Shown: piece after piece, positions 27,402 through 30,388 of the stretch
Layout: the number at the start of each line of letters is the position of its first letter
Position numbering within the stretch: the stretch's first letter is position 1
NCBI GenBank assembly: GCA_041288045.1
Contig: JBGGMM010000012.1
Location: 1 to 30,388, forward strand
Direction of reading: 5' to 3'
Length of the DNA stretch: 30,388 nt
From: Pseudobdellovibrionaceae bacterium
Lineage (GTDB): Bacteria > Bdellovibrionota > Bdellovibrionia > Bdellovibrionales > Bdellovibrionaceae
Made by a program: the position numbers and the translations under genes
Notes under the pieces: model-generated
The model's database searches: none
What the model saw: the letters and a program-made list of their open reading frames with translations, nothing else
What the model was told of the DNA's origin: nothing

Positions 27402-27493
27402 ACAAATTTCTTTTTTAGTCTTGTCTGCTGTTAAATTTCAGGAGAAAATGGTTTTTCATCTACAGAGTGAGAATTGAAATTATTGAGGTTGTT

Positions 27494-27778
27494 ATGGCAG
27501 AATTTCATCACTTAGGCGCCTATCTAAAACAAAAAAGAACTGATGCTGGTTACACCCAAGTGGAGCTAGCTGAAAAGCTGGGTGATATTCACAGCCAGTT
27601 TGTCTCCAATTGGGAGCGTGGACTTTGTGCTCCTCCCGGGCACAGTTTGCCAAGGCTTGTGGATATTTTAAAGCTCAGCCGAGAGAGACTGGTTGAGGTC
27701 ATGGTTCAGGATTCTCGGGCTGGAATCATGGCCAAAATCTATAAGAAAAAAGCTAAATCCAACAAGAAGACAGCTTAG
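27494..27778 (+). CDS. XRE-family HTH regulator (copy 2)
   Basis: LKQKRTDAGYTQVELAEKLGDIHSQFVSNWERGLCAP. GAGG RBS before the ATG at 27494. About half its residues are identical to copy 1 by manual alignment. Confidence 0.92.
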   Translation: MAEFHHLGAYLKQKRTDAGYTQVELAEKLGDIHSQFVSNWERGLCAPPGHSLPRLVDILKLSRERLVEVMVQDSRAGIMAKIYKKKAKSNKKTA

Positions 27779-27785
27779 TCGATTC

Positions 27786-27800
27786 TTTTGACAGTCAAAA
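27786..27800. promoter_or_regulatory. Perfect palindrome TTTTGAC-A-GTCAAAA containing a TTGACA hexamer; candidate operator
   Basis: Read directly from the sequence, just after the XRE copy 2 stop codon. No well-spaced consensus -10 was found. Confidence 0.45.
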
Positions 27801-27821
27801 TTTTCCTAAAAAATAGGCAGG

Positions 27822-27876
27822 AAGCAGGATTTCCTGCTTTTGGAGGCGGCTTTTCCAGAAGCCCTCTTCATTTTTT
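27822..27876 (+). terminator. Two hairpins between XRE copy 2 and PAS copy 2; possible terminator/attenuator
   Basis: AAGCAGGA-TT-TCCTGCTT (27822-27839), then an imperfect GAG..GGCTT/AAGCC-CTC stem followed by TTCATTTTTT. Confidence 0.45.
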
Positions 27877-27902
27877 AATTAAAATCGGTTAGCTTCCGGT
27901 CC

Positions 27903-28481
27903 ATGACGAATCTCGATTATCAGAAAATTGGCTTGAGCCAGGGCTACGTGATCCGCTTGGGTCAACCAGCTCGCCAGTTGGTTCATAGGCTCCTTGATGA
28001 GCAGCAGCCAAAAGCGGATCAAGATCCCTGGTCGGATCTTCCGCCTTCCACAGAGCTTTTCGTGCGTCGAGTATTTAAAGTGGGCCGCCTGAAGGTCGCT
28101 TCTTCCTTTTGGGAAACACTGAAAGACAATTATGGCTTTGAGCTTTGGAGTTCAGAACTTGAATATGTGGTGGGTTGCGGGAAGTTTCTGTCTTTGACCA
28201 GCTACAGCCAAGAGGAGCTGCTTTCAACTCCTTGGAATCAGCTTTTTGAACGGGATCCCATTCATATCCAGCAGTTGCTCACGGCATTTCAAAGAATGAT
28301 GGAAACCCAAGAGCCTCAATTCAATGTCACGCCTTTTCATGTGGTGAAAGAAACTCAAAGCGTGAAAAAGGTTTCGTTGATGGTGGCTATTCGGGCCATC
28401 TATCCTTTTTACTTTGAGGAAATGCCAAATACTCCAGCGGGCGCTGTGGCCCTCACAGAATTTAAGCCGCTTTCTTCTTAG
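27903..28481 (+). CDS. Stand-alone PAS-like domain protein (copy 2)
   Basis: FWETLKDNYGFELWSSELEYVVGCGKFLSLTSYSQEELLSTPWNQLFER aligns without gaps to the core of copy 1 (FW..K.N...E...F...YS..LL...W..L..R; later HVVKE versus HLVLE). Confidence 0.62.
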   Translation: MTNLDYQKIGLSQGYVIRLGQPARQLVHRLLDEQQPKADQDPWSDLPPSTELFVRRVFKVGRLKVASSFWETLKDNYGFELWSSELEYVVGCGKFLSLTSYSQEELLSTPWNQLFERDPIHIQQLLTAFQRMMETQEPQFNVTPFHVVKETQSVKKVSLMVAIRAIYPFYFEEMPNTPAGAVALTEFKPLSS

Positions 28482-29085
28482 AATGTGTTTGAACTGATCC
28501 CAAGGCGTGCAGATCCTGCAGCATCGCTTCGTAGGATCGAGCCGACATTTTGAGATTTTCAACAATCGCTTTTTGGTCGCCCGGTGGCAGGCCAGAAATA
28601 ATTTGATAAGCGCTTTCCAAATGACCTTCGTCTTCTTCGGCGTGCAATTTTAAAAATGTCAGGGCTTTGGTTGTTGTCGAGGCCTTTGCCAAGGTCTCTT
28701 TGCCAAATGTGATGGCCAGAGCTTCGAGAAAAAGAATGTAGCCCAAAAAGCTCACTGGATTGACGTGTTCAATTTGATAGTACTGTGAGCCGTAAAAAGC
28801 CCGGGTGGCCGGAAGCTCTGCTTCCAGGGGGCGGCCCAGAATTTTTAAGTCATTGAGGAGCATTCGATCATGACCTTTTTCTTCGGCCAAGTGTTCAATG
28901 CAGCGACGGTGATAGGTCGGGTTGTCGATGCTTCGTCCACAAGACAATGCGAGCATCGGGGTCGAGTGGCGGACAATGTAATACTGCTGCGAAAGCCAGT
29001 GGCCATACATCACAGCGTCCCGCCAAGGGTAATTCAAAATCAGAGGCGAAATTTCAACCATGAGCTGTTCGACTGTTTTCTTCAT
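28462..29085 (-). CDS. Heme-oxygenase-like diiron enzyme (HDO; iron-containing redox enzyme / CADD-TenA-PqqC fold)
   Basis: Candidate ligands E68/E69-x-G-H72 (HLAEEKGH), E121 (ILFLEAL) and H148-x3-D152-x2-H155 (LHAEEDEGH). All-helical composition. Confidence 0.85.
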   Translation of the reverse strand: MKKTVEQLMVEISPLILNYPWRDAVMYGHWLSQQYYIVRHSTPMLALSCGRSIDNPTYHRRCIEHLAEEKGHDRMLLNDLKILGRPLEAELPATRAFYGSQYYQIEHVNPVSFLGYILFLEALAITFGKETLAKASTTTKALTFLKLHAEEDEGHLESAYQIISGLPPGDQKAIVENLKMSARSYEAMLQDLHALGSVQTHSKKKAA

Positions 29086-29762
29086 GCACTTTTCCTTTGC
29101 GAGGGAAATGGAATCACTGATGCCTCTTTGACAAGCGAAGAGTGATTTTCCTTTTGCGTCCAGAGCTCATCAATCAGACTTTGGACTTTCTGCAGGGGAT
29201 GCCCGTGAAGTTCCGAAGTTTTAGCGAACATCACTTTGCAGACAATTCCATGTCGGTTGATTTCTGCGTAAGGTTGAGGTCCATATTTGCCACCAATCTT
29301 ATCGGCTTTCATGTCGACTCGCGAGTATCCCATCACAGCCGTGTAAGGAGTGTAAGTGGCCAGTTTCAGAGTCAAACCCATAATCAAATCCGCCGGCTGG
29401 ATTTTAGTAAATTTTCCTCTTTGATTGGGATGTACAGTCACCCATTCGATGGTCATGACTTGCTCTTTTTGATTCTGCAGGCGCTTTTTGAAAGCTTCAG
29501 GGGCTGGTTCGAAATAGCTGAGATCCAAAACGCCAGCTAATTGAGAATTCATATTGTTGAGGAGGCTAAAGGCAATTGGATTTTGCTCTCCATCATGAAG
29601 AACCGAAAGCATTTTGCAGCGATAGAAGTAATCAGCAGAAAGGGTCTCGTGCGCTTCCGTCAAAATGGGTTCATAGACTTCTTTCCAGGTCTGAAAGCAA
29701 TGCGAAACCAATGTCGTTTTGGCTGTGGGGACATCGGCAAGTGAAATGATTTCGTACTTCAT
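29082..29762 (-). CDS. GNAT-fold acyltransferase-like protein (LuxI/FeeM-like)
   Basis: Motif A-like IEWVTVHPNQRG followed by the helix ADLIMGL. N-terminal CFQTWKEVY...SADYFYR and a beta hairpin recall acyl-HSL / N-acyl amino acid synthases. AAGGGG RBS. ATGA overlap with the HDO gene. Confidence 0.6.
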   Translation of the reverse strand: MKYEIISLADVPTAKTTLVSHCFQTWKEVYEPILTEAHETLSADYFYRCKMLSVLHDGEQNPIAFSLLNNMNSQLAGVLDLSYFEPAPEAFKKRLQNQKEQVMTIEWVTVHPNQRGKFTKIQPADLIMGLTLKLATYTPYTAVMGYSRVDMKADKIGGKYGPQPYAEINRHGIVCKVMFAKTSELHGHPLQKVQSLIDELWTQKENHSSLVKEASVIPFPSQRKSA

Positions 29763-29843
29763 GTTTCCCCTTTTTCTAAATGAGCCAGTATTTATCCATT
29801 CGGAGCCGTTTCGGAAAACTTAAGAAACTTTTTGCCAAGCCAA

Positions 29844-29872
29844 TTTATAGATTTAAACTTGTTTATAGATTT
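29844..29872. promoter_or_regulatory. 11-bp direct repeat TTTATAGATTT x2 upstream of the GNAT-HDO operon
   Basis: Exact copies at 29844-29854 and 29862-29872, adjacent to TTGCAA at 29873-29878. Confidence 0.4.
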
Positions 29873-30008
29873 TTGCAATTTAGCAGGAATTTTCGTCTGA
29901 ATCTGCGACATTTTCAGGCCCAGATTGAAACACTTTTATCTTGTCATGAGACTGATCTTTAGACTTGGTCTCGAGCGCGGCGGTGACGAGGGTAAGCGTC
30001 GATTTGTC

Positions 30009-30050
30009 CGTCCATGCGATGGCTCCCAGACGGCCATCCGGGCCGTCTAG
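30009..30050. repeat. GC-rich REP-like hairpin element
   Basis: AGACGGCC-ATCCG-GGCCGTCT (30028-30048) preceded by a small CCAT-GCG-ATGG hairpin, within an otherwise AT-rich spacer. Single copy in this window. Confidence 0.4.
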
Positions 30051-30293
30051 CAAGTTTTTAGGAGAGGAAAAAGCGAGCGACGTTCTTAAAATTTTTTAGG
30101 GAAAAAGTTTGACATGATTTTTCGCTCTTTCATCTTGGCTAAGAGAGCAGATTTTTGTGATTTTGGATTTTCTGGAATTTTCTTTGTGATCGCTCGGAGG
30201 CGAAGGTCCTATGGCTTTTGCGATTTTGTTTTCAAGCTATTCTCTCGCTGTTTGAAAATGCTCTGAAAAAACTCGTGTTACAACACATGCACG

Positions 30294-30388
30294 ATGAAAC
30301 AAAAAACAAATTCTAATATGAAATCATTCGGTGGTGAGCTTCTTAAGGGAAAAAGAAAAACGAAAAGGCCGCTTTCCACCAAGCAGCC
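30294..30388 (+). CDS. N-terminus of a probable HUH/Y1 (IS200/RAYT-like) transposase-family protein, truncated by the window edge
   Basis: Manual translation MKQKTNSNMKSFGGELLKGKRKTKRPLSTKQP. I recall the FGG.LLK..RK..RPLS(T)K.P leader as preceding the first His strand in Bdellovibrio-type Y1_Tnp proteins. The catalytic motifs lie outside the window. Confidence 0.5.
   Translation, partial: MKQKTNSNMKSFGGELLKGKRKTKRPLSTKQ

Noticed and set aside
26362..28481. XRE + unknown gene pairs as toxin-antitoxin modules or prophage repressors
   Set aside because: The partners show PAS-like rather than toxin (RelE, HipA, PIN, ImmA HExxH) motifs, and no phage or integrase genes are nearby. Cannot be fully excluded without searches.
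29780..29962. 60-aa ORF in the spacer upstream of the GNAT gene (possible peptide signal or precursor)
   Set aside because: No clear RBS, low-complexity AT-driven composition, and it overlaps the presumptive promoter of the divergent operon.
30109..30140. TTGACA-based sigma70 promoter
   Set aside because: No convincing -10 hexamer at 16-18 bp spacing.

Overview
Gene-dense bacterial chromosomal segment. Gene content and style suggest a Bdellovibrio-like bacterium (Bdellovibrionota); this is an inference. Most of the window is housekeeping: grxC, dusC, an EVE-domain gene, archaeal/eukaryote-type proS, fumC, a UvrD/Rep helicase, an orphan ParA, bolA, ettA, map, ahcY and orn. Accessory blocks are (i) a three-gene GT-C / GT2-GtrA / methyltransferase glycosylation cassette (4062-7553), (ii) a secreted permuted NlpC/P60 enzyme, a 2OG-Fe(II) oxygenase with a TonB-C/AgmX-like tail and a secreted Cys-rich repeat protein (13762-15781), and (iii) an orphan 'mobile mystery protein A'-like HTH gene, a J-domain gene and an H1-tail/SWIB gene flanking phased direct repeats (19660-21331). 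The best candidate for an undescribed system is 26362-29762. There, two tandem [XRE-HTH + stand-alone PAS-like protein] modules converge on a translationally coupled [LuxI/FeeM-like GNAT acyltransferase + heme-oxygenase-like diiron enzyme] pair, which reads like a small-molecule signal synthase with split receptor/regulators. The window ends in the first codons of a probable HUH/Y1 transposase-like gene preceded by a REP-like hairpin. No rRNA, tRNA or CRISPR array was seen. All family calls come from motif recognition by eye; no database searches were run.
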